A stretch of 64,000 bases of DNA from an uncultured delta proteobacterium (GTDB lineage Bacteria > Desulfobacterota > Binatia > UBA9968): positions 160,001 through 224,000 of the forward strand of contig CAVTUQ010000037.1 of the NCBI GenBank assembly GCA_963737905.1, in the 5' to 3' direction. Positions 52,490 to 60,955 of this stretch are shown in pieces. How positions within the stretch are numbered: the stretch's first letter is position 1; each line of letters begins with the position of its first letter. The notes under the pieces were generated by a model. It had not been told where the DNA came from and made no database searches. It worked only from the letters and a program-made list of their open reading frames with translations. The position numbers and the translations under genes are program-made.

Positions 52490-53494
52490 ATGAAGACCAA
52501 TTTGGCATTTGTCTTATGGGTCTTGTTGACGGCCACCGGCGCCGCCCATGCAAATTTGACTCGACCGCTGGCAAAGGACGGCCCCACGCCTATTTTCGTA
52601 TCGGTGTACGTTTTGGACATTGATGAAGTGAATAGCGCGGATCAAAGTTTCAAGGCAAACGTCTTCTACCAAATGCGCTGGCGCGATCCAAGCTTGTCGC
52701 ATCGCGGACCCGGCAAAGTGCGCCGGCCGTTAAACGAGGTTTGGCACCCTGGGCTGCAAATCGTCAGTCAGCAGCGGGTCTTCCCCACCTTTGCGGAGCT
52801 GGTGGAGATCGCGCCCGACGGAGAGGTCTTATACCGCCAGCGCGTATGGGGGTCTTTTTCGCAGCCGCTTAACGTGCGCCGATTTCCGTTTGACCGACAG
52901 ATTTTCAATTTGCATTTCGTGTCAGAAGCCTATCGACCCGACGAGGTCGAACTGAGACAAGATACGCAGGTCAAGTCCGGCATTGCCGACGTTCTTTCCT
53001 TCGCCGACTGGGATATTGTGCGCTGGGAGACACGGACAGAGGCCTATCGAACCAATCCGCAAGCTGAACCTATAGCTGGATTTGTCTTATCGTTCGAAGC
53101 CGCGCGACGCTACGGCTATTTCGTGCTGAAGATCATCTTGCCGCTGGTTTTCATCGTCGCCATGTCATGGGCAGTATTCTGGATCGATCCGCACGAAGGA
53201 GCAACGCAAATTTCCGTTTCCATCACCACCATATTGACCCTCATTGCGTACCAATTCTCGATTGGTCATGAGGTTCCTCGTGTGTCGTATCTGACTCGCC
53301 TCGATATGTTCATCCTCGGTTCGACCATCCTCATCTTTGGAAGTTTGGTCGAAGTCATGGTCACCACGGCGCTAGCAAAACGTGGGCAGGCCGAGAAGGC
53401 CCTTTTGCTTGACCAGTGGTCGCGTTGGCTTTTTCCGGCGGCGTTCGCAGTTGTGGTCGCACTGACGGTCCTTCGCGGCTACACAAATACATGA
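52490..53494 (+). CDS. prokaryotic pentameric ligand-gated ion channel (ELIC/GLIC-like)
   Basis: Signal peptide; WRDP, VWHPGL, Pro-loop RRFPFDRQ, M1 KIILPL, M2-M3 PRVSYLTRLD, 4 TM. Confidence 0.88.
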   Translation: MKTNLAFVLWVLLTATGAAHANLTRPLAKDGPTPIFVSVYVLDIDEVNSADQSFKANVFYQMRWRDPSLSHRGPGKVRRPLNEVWHPGLQIVSQQRVFPTFAELVEIAPDGEVLYRQRVWGSFSQPLNVRRFPFDRQIFNLHFVSEAYRPDEVELRQDTQVKSGIADVLSFADWDIVRWETRTEAYRTNPQAEPIAGFVLSFEAARRYGYFVLKIILPLVFIVAMSWAVFWIDPHEGATQISVSITTILTLIAYQFSIGHEVPRVSYLTRLDMFILGSTILIFGSLVEVMVTTALAKRGQAEKALLLDQWSRWLFPAAFAVVVALTVLRGYTNT

Positions 53495-53628
53495 TGGATG
53501 GATGCGTTCGAAACTCGATCCTTAAGCACCCCGTTGGCAGTGCTTAGCTATCCCAACCCCCTTAAATAGCTTGCCGCGTCGTTCGCAATAAATCCTGTTT
53601 GCTCAACCATCTGTTCCGCTTGCCGGGC

Positions 53629-53685
53629 TACCAATATTTCGGCATCTAGTCGCAGCATTTTGCGAGTTCCGCAACATACTACCAG
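53629..53685. promoter_or_regulatory. candidate upstream activator sites for the adjacent bEBP
   Basis: Three imperfect boxes about 20 bp apart (ccaatatttcgg, cgcagcattttgcg, cgcaacatactacc), 100-150 bp upstream of a sigma54 promoter. Confidence 0.4.
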
Positions 53686-53782
53686 CTGCGATCGCGGGTG
53701 TCATATCGTTTGAATTTCACTCCCTCTTGCAACTCCGCAACAAAGCAATTGTTTCGAAGCCAATTAAGAAATCCTTGCAGAG

Positions 53783-53797
53783 TGGCACCAGGGTTGC
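53783..53797 (+). promoter_or_regulatory. sigma54 (-24/-12) promoter
   Basis: TGGCAC-CAGGG-TTGC, consensus boxes and spacing. Confidence 0.7.
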
Positions 53798-53838
53798 CTG
53801 TAGGACCCAATAAGAACGGCGTCATAGCTCAAAGAAAA

Positions 53839-54147
53839 ATGCCAGCAATAGTGATTAAGGCGCAGGTCGACGCTGACCGGCGCTACGAATTGTTTCAGGT
53901 GCTCAAAGGCGCGACGCCAGCAAAACAATTGCCGGTTGGTTGTTTGGACCGTCGGGTTTACGAGGAAGTTCATGATCCCTTACACCTTCTAATGATTGAG
54001 CATTGGTCGGACGAAACGGCGATGAACGAGTATAAATCTTCCACTGGTTTCCGCGCGTTGATTGGAGCCATCAAGGTCCTTGGAACTCTAGAAAAACTTC
54101 TGACGATCGAGGAACGCGTCGATGAGCAGCTAACGACGGAAGAATGA
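53839..54147 (+). CDS. ABM (antibiotic biosynthesis monooxygenase)-like dimeric barrel protein
   Basis: GCLDRRVYE and LMIEHWSD..AM..Y.SS pattern. Confidence 0.65.
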   Translation: MPAIVIKAQVDADRRYELFQVLKGATPAKQLPVGCLDRRVYEEVHDPLHLLMIEHWSDETAMNEYKSSTGFRALIGAIKVLGTLEKLLTIEERVDEQLTTEE

Positions 54148-54226
54148 CCATGACCAAGCGTTTGGGGAGTCTATTACGTTGTATCGATGCGATGAACATA
54201 AATTTATCCGCAAAGGGAGGTAAATC

Positions 54227-54613
54227 ATGAATCGAAAACTAGTGAGCATGTTGTTTTTGATGACGTTTCTCAACGCTGGAGTCGCGGGTGCGGTCACGGC
54301 GGAGGATTTCGAAGTTAAGACCACACAGAGCTTACTAAACTTATGCGCGGTCTCGGCCAATGACCCGTTAGCAAAGGAAGCAATTCAGATGTGTCAGGGT
54401 TATTTGGTGGGGGCGTACGACTATCATATGGCTGAAAACTCGGGGCCCGGAGGACAACCGCTCGTATGTCTCCCCAAGCCCGAGCCGTCACGCAACGAGG
54501 TGACAGCGATGTTCGTCGCATGGGTAAAGGCGCATCCGCAATATATGAAAGAGAGTCCGGTTGAGACGGAATTCAGGTTCTTAACTGAGAAATGGCCGTG
54601 CAAAAAGAAGTAA
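54227..54613 (+). CDS. Rap1a/Tai-like secreted four-Cys protein
   Basis: Signal peptide; LLNLC, CQGYLVG, CLP, WPC pattern; GGAGG RBS. Confidence 0.72.
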   Translation: MNRKLVSMLFLMTFLNAGVAGAVTAEDFEVKTTQSLLNLCAVSANDPLAKEAIQMCQGYLVGAYDYHMAENSGPGGQPLVCLPKPEPSRNEVTAMFVAWVKAHPQYMKESPVETEFRFLTEKWPCKKK

Positions 54614-54636
54614 CCCGATGAATCCAAAGGGAGGAT

Positions 54637-54912
54637 ATGATGAATAAGATTGCAGCGTTTATGGTTGTATTCGTGCTTATCGTAGCGCTCAGCGGATGTA
54701 CGATGTCGGAAACCGGGCAACGAACTGCCAGTGGAAGCCTGATTGGCGCGGGCGCCGGCGGGATCATTGGCGCGATTGCGGGAAACGCAGGAATGGGAGC
54801 GGCCATCGGAGCAGGCCTCGGCGCCACCGGTGGTTTTCTCTACGGTAAGCACAAGGAAAGTGAGCAAGAAGCCTATCAGCGCGGGCGGACGGATGCGAGT
54901 CGGGGTCGGTAG
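54637..54912 (+). CDS. glycine-zipper lipoprotein
   Basis: LSGC lipobox; GAGAGGIIGAIAG..GMGAAIGAGLGATGG. Confidence 0.82.
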   Translation: MMNKIAAFMVVFVLIVALSGCTMSETGQRTASGSLIGAGAGGIIGAIAGNAGMGAAIGAGLGATGGFLYGKHKESEQEAYQRGRTDASRGR

Positions 54913-55005
54913 CTTTGCTTGGGATTTTTACTTGAGCGCGGTGGCGGCGCCACGGTGCGAAGCGATATCTCGACTCCACTCGGGGTCAGCCACGAGTGCC
55001 AACGC

Positions 55006-55851
55006 ATGAGTCGGAGGAGCAAAACCTTGAAACTCGCGTACATCGTCCAGTTTTTTGCCGCGCTAACCCTATTTGTTTTCTTTACAATCGAATCAGCACC
55101 AGCCCAACAAGACGATCTGCGCGCCAAGGCGCAGAACCCGGTTGCTAACCTGATTAGCGTGCCGTTGGAAAGCACGTTCGACTTTGGCGCGCCCAATGGC
55201 AGTGCCTATTTCTTAAACGTTCAACCCGTTATTCCGGTCACAGTCGGGGATTGGAACCTTATCAACCGAATCATCCTGCCGCTCATCTATGTTCCCGGCG
55301 AGATCGCCGGCACGCCGGATATTCCCGCTGGCGGCAAAGGTGGGGCAGCGTTTGGTCTTGGCGACATCAACTATTCGCTCTTCGCATCTCCAGCAAAACC
55401 TGGACAGGTGACCTGGGGGTTGGGTCCGTCGATCAACCTTCGCACCGCGACGGATACGCAGCTCGGTTCGGGTAAGTGGAGTGCCGGGCCAACGGCGGTT
55501 ATACTCACCCAGCCGAAGCCCTGGAGCTTGGGCGTGCTCGTACGAAATATTTGGTCGTTCGCCGGCGACTCCAAACGCGACAAAGTGAACCAGTTTCTGC
55601 TCCAGCCCTTCATAACTTACAACCTCGAAAACGGCTGGTATTTAACGTCTAACCCGGTCCTCACAGCTAACTGGGATGCCGGTTCCAGCAATCGCTGGAC
55701 GGTTCCTCTGGGGGGCGGAGCCGGCAAACTCTTCACGATCGGAAAACAACCGATTAACACAAGAGTAGAATTCTATTACAACGTCGAGCGGCCAGAGCTC
55801 GCACCGGACTGGGCAATGAAGTTCACGATTGCGTTTCTATTTCCGAAATAG
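55006..55851 (+). CDS. outer-membrane beta-barrel (MetA-pathway/phenol-degradation transporter-like)
   Basis: AQNPVANLISVP, GLGDI, LGSGKWSAGP, WTVPLGGG, C-terminal FLFPK; signal peptide. Confidence 0.72.
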   Translation: MSRRSKTLKLAYIVQFFAALTLFVFFTIESAPAQQDDLRAKAQNPVANLISVPLESTFDFGAPNGSAYFLNVQPVIPVTVGDWNLINRIILPLIYVPGEIAGTPDIPAGGKGGAAFGLGDINYSLFASPAKPGQVTWGLGPSINLRTATDTQLGSGKWSAGPTAVILTQPKPWSLGVLVRNIWSFAGDSKRDKVNQFLLQPFITYNLENGWYLTSNPVLTANWDAGSSNRWTVPLGGGAGKLFTIGKQPINTRVEFYYNVERPELAPDWAMKFTIAFLFPK

Positions 55852-56033
55852 AGCCATGAACTTCAGCTCTGATTTGACAAGTGAGACCGTCATTACGCTA
55901 TGAGAGCGCGGCGCTGGAACTCGCCGGTTGCGCTAGCACGGCATTCAAACGACAGAGCTATTGAAAATTTCTGATTAACCGAGTTTGAGATCAAATAAGT
56001 TCAAATCTCAATAGAAAGAAGGGAGAATTGAAA

Positions 56034-57533
56034 ATGGCTCAGGCAGGACAGGAGAAACCTAACATCCTCATACTCTGGGGAGACGACGTGGGGTGGTGGA
56101 ACATCAGCTACAACAGCCGGGGTCAAATGGGTTACCGGACTCCCAACATCGACCGCGTCGGCAACGAAGGCGTGGCCTTCACCGATTACTACGCGCAGCA
56201 GAGCTGTACCGCGGGGCGGGCCGCGTTCATTTGCGGCCAGAACCCGATCCGCACAGGACTGACCAAGGTGGGGATGCCTGGCGCCGACGTAGGCCTTCAG
56301 GCAGAAGACCCGACCATCGCTGAGCTACTCAAACCTTTGGGCTACGCTACCGGCCAATTCGGCAAGAACCATCTGGGGGACAAGGACAAGTTTCTGCCCA
56401 CAAACCACGGCTTCGACGAATTCTTTGGCAATCTCTACCACCTCAACGCCGAGGAAGAGCCCGAGGACCCGGACTACCCGAAGGACCCGGCATTCAAGCA
56501 GAAGTTCGGACCCAGAGGCGTGCTCCACTGCTGGGCCGATGGTAAGGGCGGACAGAAGATTGAGGACACCGGTCCTCTCACTAAAAAGCGCATGGAGACT
56601 ATCGACGAGGATGTTACGGAGCACGCCTTACGCTTCATCGACGACGCGCACAAGTCTAATAAGCCTTTCTTCCTCTGGTACAATACCACGGCCATGCACT
56701 TCCGGACCCACGCCGCCAAGAAGCATGAGGGCAAGAGCGGCCAAGGGTTCTACAATGACGTGATGGTCGCCCATGACGAGAACATCGGCAAGATGCTGGC
56801 GAAGCTCGACGAGTTGGGCATCGCCGAAGACACCATCGTCATGTACTCCACCGATAACGGTCCGCACTTCAACAGCTGGCCGGATGCCGGCATCACCCCG
56901 TACAGGTCCGAGAAGAACACCAACTGGGAGGGCGGCTGGCGGGTACCGGTTTTCGTGCGCTGGCCGGGAAAAATCAAGGCGGGCTCGGTCCTGAACGGCG
57001 TTGTGTCACACCAGGACTGGCTGCCGACCTTCCTGGCGGCCGCGGGAGAACCCGACATCAAGGAGAAGCTCCTCAAGGGCCACAAGGCCGGCGACAAAAC
57101 CTTCAAGGTGCATATCGACGGCCACAACATGTTGCCCTATCTGACCGGCGAGGTAAAAGAGAGCCCCAGGCAGTCCTTCTTCTACATCAGCGATGACGGT
57201 GACGTCATGGCGATCCGAGACGGCGATTGGAAGTTTGTATTGATGGAGCAACGTGCAAAGACTATGCAATGCTGGGTGGAGCCGTTTGTACCGCTCCGCA
57301 TTCCGAAGATATTCAACCTGCGCCGCGACCCGTTCGAGCGAGCCGACGAGAACTCGAACACCTACTGGGACTGGGTCATCTCCCATGTCTTTTTGATCTT
57401 CGGGATGCAGTCGCTTGTAGCGCAGCAGATTGACTCGTTCAAGCAGTTCCCGCCGCGCCAGAAGCCGGCCTCTTTCAATCTGGACGCGGTGCTGGCGCAT
57501 CTGGAGGATGCGGGCGGCGGAGGCAGCCACTGA
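56034..57533 (+). CDS. arylsulfatase (Cys-type)
   Basis: PNILILWGDDVG, SCTAGRAA (CxAxR), GKNHLG, HGFDEFFG, STDNG. Confidence 0.92.
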   Translation: MAQAGQEKPNILILWGDDVGWWNISYNSRGQMGYRTPNIDRVGNEGVAFTDYYAQQSCTAGRAAFICGQNPIRTGLTKVGMPGADVGLQAEDPTIAELLKPLGYATGQFGKNHLGDKDKFLPTNHGFDEFFGNLYHLNAEEEPEDPDYPKDPAFKQKFGPRGVLHCWADGKGGQKIEDTGPLTKKRMETIDEDVTEHALRFIDDAHKSNKPFFLWYNTTAMHFRTHAAKKHEGKSGQGFYNDVMVAHDENIGKMLAKLDELGIAEDTIVMYSTDNGPHFNSWPDAGITPYRSEKNTNWEGGWRVPVFVRWPGKIKAGSVLNGVVSHQDWLPTFLAAAGEPDIKEKLLKGHKAGDKTFKVHIDGHNMLPYLTGEVKESPRQSFFYISDDGDVMAIRDGDWKFVLMEQRAKTMQCWVEPFVPLRIPKIFNLRRDPFERADENSNTYWDWVISHVFLIFGMQSLVAQQIDSFKQFPPRQKPASFNLDAVLAHLEDAGGGGSH

Positions 57534-57593
57534 CCTGCAGTCAAGTAAATTCGACGAATAGGTTTCCCAGGCGGACCCGCGGTTTAATGTACT

Positions 57594-58913
57594 ATGAGCC
57601 AGCGAGGAGAGCACCAGTCGCCACTTTTAGGTGTGGCAGCGGAAGTCCAAGACTTCTACGAACGGTATCCCTATCCTCGGCCGATCGATAGCCTCGAAAA
57701 GTATCGACGGCTCTGGCAGGACCGACAAAGACGCCGTGCGGACTATCATCTGTTTTGGCCTGCCAGATCTTACCGCGAAGACTTATCCATCCTGATTGCC
57801 GGTTGCGGGACATCGCAAGCGGCAAAGCATGCCATGCGTTGGCCTGCGGCTCAGGTCACTGGCATCGACTTCAGCGCAACGAGCGTGCGCTCTACCGAGG
57901 AGCTCAAGCGGAAATACAACTTGGACAATCTCCAAGTCCGCCAGCTTCCGGTCGAGCGTGTAAACGAGTTGGAAACGAACTTCGATCAGATTATCTGCAC
58001 CGGGGTTCTCCATCATCTTGCAGATCCCGATGCGGGGCTCAGCGCTCTGCGCGGCGTGCTCAAACCGGACGGCGCGATGCATCTCATGGTGTATGCGCCT
58101 TACGGACGGACCGGCATCTATATGCTGCAGGAATTCTGCAGACGGATCGGCATCCATGCCAACGACGCGGAGATTCGAGATCTCATCGATGCGCTCAAGA
58201 CGTTGCCACCGGGGCATCCGCTGGAAGGCCTGCTGCGCGAGGCCCCGGACTTCGGGCAAGAGGCAGCACTTGCCGATGCGCTTCTACACCCGCAGGACCG
58301 CGCCTATTCCGTGCCGCAATTATTCGATTTCATCGAAAGGGCAGGCCTGACATTTGTCCGGTGGCTAAAACAAGCACCCTACACCCCTCATTGTGGAGTC
58401 GTAGCAAAGATCCCGCAGGCTTCCCGGCTAAAAGAGCTTTCCGTAGCAGAGCAGTATGCCGCTGTCGAACTATTTCGGGGCACAATGGTTCGCCACAGCA
58501 TGGTTGCCTACCGAGACGACAGTCCCGGCGAGATGCAACCGATAAGTTTCGCCGGTGACGCCTGGCTTCGTTATGTGCCCCTTCGAATGCCAGACACGAT
58601 CTGTGTTCAAGAGCGGCTGCCTCCCAGGGCCGCGGCCGTTCTAATCAACCGGACTCACACCTACAGGGATCTATTCATGCCAATAGATTCAACAGAAAAG
58701 CGTTTGTTCGATGCCATTCACGGGAACTGTAGTATCGGAGTGATCGTCGACAGAACGTTGTCGTCCTCACAAATAAATTCGCAGCTCGACATGGCACGTG
58801 CCTTCTTTGAAAAGCTCTGGTGGTACGATCAGGTCGTGTTCGACGCGTCGCAATGTAGGGACTTGCTGCCAGGGAGAGCGGAAAATGACCGCAACGTTGC
58901 TAAGCTGGCGTGA
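57594..58913 (+). CDS. class I SAM-dependent methyltransferase with C-terminal extension
   Basis: FYERYPYP, ILIAGCGT, GIDFS, CTGVLHHLADP, LKPDG, LHPQD. Confidence 0.85.
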   Translation: MSQRGEHQSPLLGVAAEVQDFYERYPYPRPIDSLEKYRRLWQDRQRRRADYHLFWPARSYREDLSILIAGCGTSQAAKHAMRWPAAQVTGIDFSATSVRSTEELKRKYNLDNLQVRQLPVERVNELETNFDQIICTGVLHHLADPDAGLSALRGVLKPDGAMHLMVYAPYGRTGIYMLQEFCRRIGIHANDAEIRDLIDALKTLPPGHPLEGLLREAPDFGQEAALADALLHPQDRAYSVPQLFDFIERAGLTFVRWLKQAPYTPHCGVVAKIPQASRLKELSVAEQYAAVELFRGTMVRHSMVAYRDDSPGEMQPISFAGDAWLRYVPLRMPDTICVQERLPPRAAAVLINRTHTYRDLFMPIDSTEKRLFDAIHGNCSIGVIVDRTLSSSQINSQLDMARAFFEKLWWYDQVVFDASQCRDLLPGRAENDRNVAKLA

Positions 58914-58994
58914 CGGCGCGGCGATTCGCGGTTTCTGAATTTGGCAAGAACTCCGTTTGCTCTGTGTACTCCTGTTTAAGACCCAAGGAGAGTA

Positions 58995-59831
58995 ATGAAC
59001 CTCCAGCAACTGATCATGCTCTGCCTGCAGGCGAGCATCTTTCTGACGGTGTTCGGTTACGGGTTGCAGGCAACCATGGACGACGCGCTTTATGTGGTGC
59101 GCAGGCCCGCCTTTCTGGCGCGGTCGCTCGTCGCGATGTTCGTGTTCATGCCGCTCATCGCCGTGACCATAACCGCCGTATTCGACTTCCACCCTGCCGT
59201 CGAGATTGCGCTCGTCGCTATCGCGATCTCGCCCATTCCGCCGCTGCTGCCACAGCGCGTGATCAAGGCGGGAGGTGGGGCTTCCTACGCGCTCGGGTTG
59301 ATGGCGACGGCAGCGCTCCTGTCGATTGTCTTTATTCCGTTGGCCGTACATTTCATCGGCCGATTTTTCAATGAGCCCTTTGGGATTGCGCCCGGCGCGG
59401 TGGCGCACCTGGCGCTGCTTACCGTCTTGGCGCCGCTTGCCGCCGGCATGGCGTTTCGGGCGGTGGTGAGCACGATCGCCGACCGCATCCAGAAGCGTGT
59501 TGCGCTCATCGCGATCGCGCTGCTGGCGGTGGGTGCACTGGCGATTCTGATCGCGGCGCTGCCGGAGGTGCTCGCGCTGGTCGGCAACGGAACCATCGTG
59601 GTGATCGTCGCGTTCGTCGTGGTGGGGCTAGCCGTCGGACACGTGTTCGCAGGGCGGGACCCCAACGATCAGATCGTGCTCGCGATCTCCACCGCTTGCC
59701 GTCATCCAGCCATCGCGCTGGCCATCGCAAATGCGACCTATCCGCAGGAGAGACTGGTGGGTGGCGCCATCCTGCTCTATCTGGTGCTCAATATCCTCGT
59801 CTCAATTCCGTACGTTAGATGGCAGCGCTGA
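58995..59831 (+). CDS. bile acid:sodium symporter (BASS)-like transporter
   Basis: Multi-TM; RSLVAMFVFMP, ISP.PP, ST.CRHPAIALAIA. Confidence 0.75.
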   Translation: MNLQQLIMLCLQASIFLTVFGYGLQATMDDALYVVRRPAFLARSLVAMFVFMPLIAVTITAVFDFHPAVEIALVAIAISPIPPLLPQRVIKAGGGASYALGLMATAALLSIVFIPLAVHFIGRFFNEPFGIAPGAVAHLALLTVLAPLAAGMAFRAVVSTIADRIQKRVALIAIALLAVGALAILIAALPEVLALVGNGTIVVIVAFVVVGLAVGHVFAGRDPNDQIVLAISTACRHPAIALAIANATYPQERLVGGAILLYLVLNILVSIPYVRWQR

Positions 59832-59858
59832 TACGAGTGATGTGATGAGACCGTAATT

Positions 59859-60246
59859 ATGAACGAGCCCGGGGTACCCAGCGGAGTCATGGAAGCGGTG
59901 CGCAATGCCATGGAGATTGCAGCGCTGGGAATTGAAGTTATGGCCGTAGCAACCATCGTCGTCGCCACCGTTCATGGAACCTCGCGCTATCTATTTCACC
60001 TTAACCGACAGGTGGGCGATGCTTACCGGCAGTACAAGATCGAGCTTGGCAAGGCGCTACTACTGGCCCTGGAGTTCTTGGTCGCCGCCGACATAATTAC
60101 GACCGTCGTGCTGGAACCGACTTTGGAAAATGTCCTGATATTGGCGGCCCTCGTCATCGTGCGGACATTCCTGAGCTTGGTCGTTGGTGGTGGAGATCGA
60201 AGGTCGGTGGCCGTGGAAAGGAACAAAGAGTGTCGAAGGGGAATGA
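59859..60246 (+). CDS. DUF1622 membrane protein; frameshift near 60178
   Basis: LGKALLLALEFLVAADII.TV, VRTFLS; corrected frame gives WSLVVEIEGRWPW and stop at 60246. Confidence 0.82.
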
Positions 60247-60321
60247 AGTGTCGAGGGTCGAGGGAGTAAGAGTGACGAGCGACGAGCGGAGGCTACTAAG
60301 GAGCAAATAGGTGCAGCCGGC

Positions 60322-60378
60322 GGTGTTCAGGTTTCAGTTGTCGAAAGGTTTGTCTGAAACCTGGCACCCGAAACCTGA
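60322..60378. repeat. inverted repeat of the GGTTTCAG/CTGAAACC family
   Basis: ggtgttcaggtttcag ... ctgaaacctggcacccgaaacctga. Confidence 0.6.
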
Positions 60379-60419
60379 TCCGTTTGTGTCTCGGTGGGGT
60401 GAAAGGAACCAATGTTGAG

Positions 60420-60815
60420 ATGGCAAACCAAACGGCACCAAGCACGATAGATCTCGATACCTCGACAAAACTTGCTTACGATCGTACCCGTCTCGCCTAT
60501 GAAAACACCATGATGGGCTGGGTGAGGACGGGGACGTCGCTGATCACCTTCGGTTTCAGCGTTTACAAGTTCTTCCAGTTCGAAGTGGCGGCGACCGAGG
60601 AGGTCGGACTCCTGATCACGCCGCGCATATTCGGCGTGATAATGATTATCTTCGGCATGCTGTCGTTGCTGGCGGGAACCGTGCAACATGTGATGAGCGT
60701 TCGGCAGTTGAGGTCGCAGTATCCAGCTATTCCCCGTTCGCTGGCCGCAATGCTCGCCGGTTTAATCTCAATCCTCGGGTTGCTGGCGCTGATCGCGGCG
60801 ATTTTTCAGAAGTAA
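60420..60815 (+). CDS. DUF202 (YidH-like) membrane protein
   Basis: RTRLAYENTMMGWVRTGTSLITFGF; 3 TM. Confidence 0.85.
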   Translation: MANQTAPSTIDLDTSTKLAYDRTRLAYENTMMGWVRTGTSLITFGFSVYKFFQFEVAATEEVGLLITPRIFGVIMIIFGMLSLLAGTVQHVMSVRQLRSQYPAIPRSLAAMLAGLISILGLLALIAAIFQK

Positions 60816-60955
60816 CTGATTGCCGCAACACTTACATTAGACGTAGCGCGGGCGATTTATACTCGTTCTCGTCGAGCCATCGGGAAAAAGTAACAGCGAA
60901 TTTGCTTGCCCGGTGCGTCAGTTTGTGGTTTTTTATCAACCCTGGACAATCATGC

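Noticed and set aside
50022-53780. Identical 13-mer GAAATCCTTGCAG at 50022 and 53768 as a target duplication or operator
   Set aside because: Many 13-mer matches are expected by chance in 64 kb, and no mobile-element features lie between them
55006-55851. The 'neuromedin U' label I recall being attached to this family
   Set aside because: The sequence is a bacterial signal-peptide beta-barrel; no relation to the animal peptide is evident
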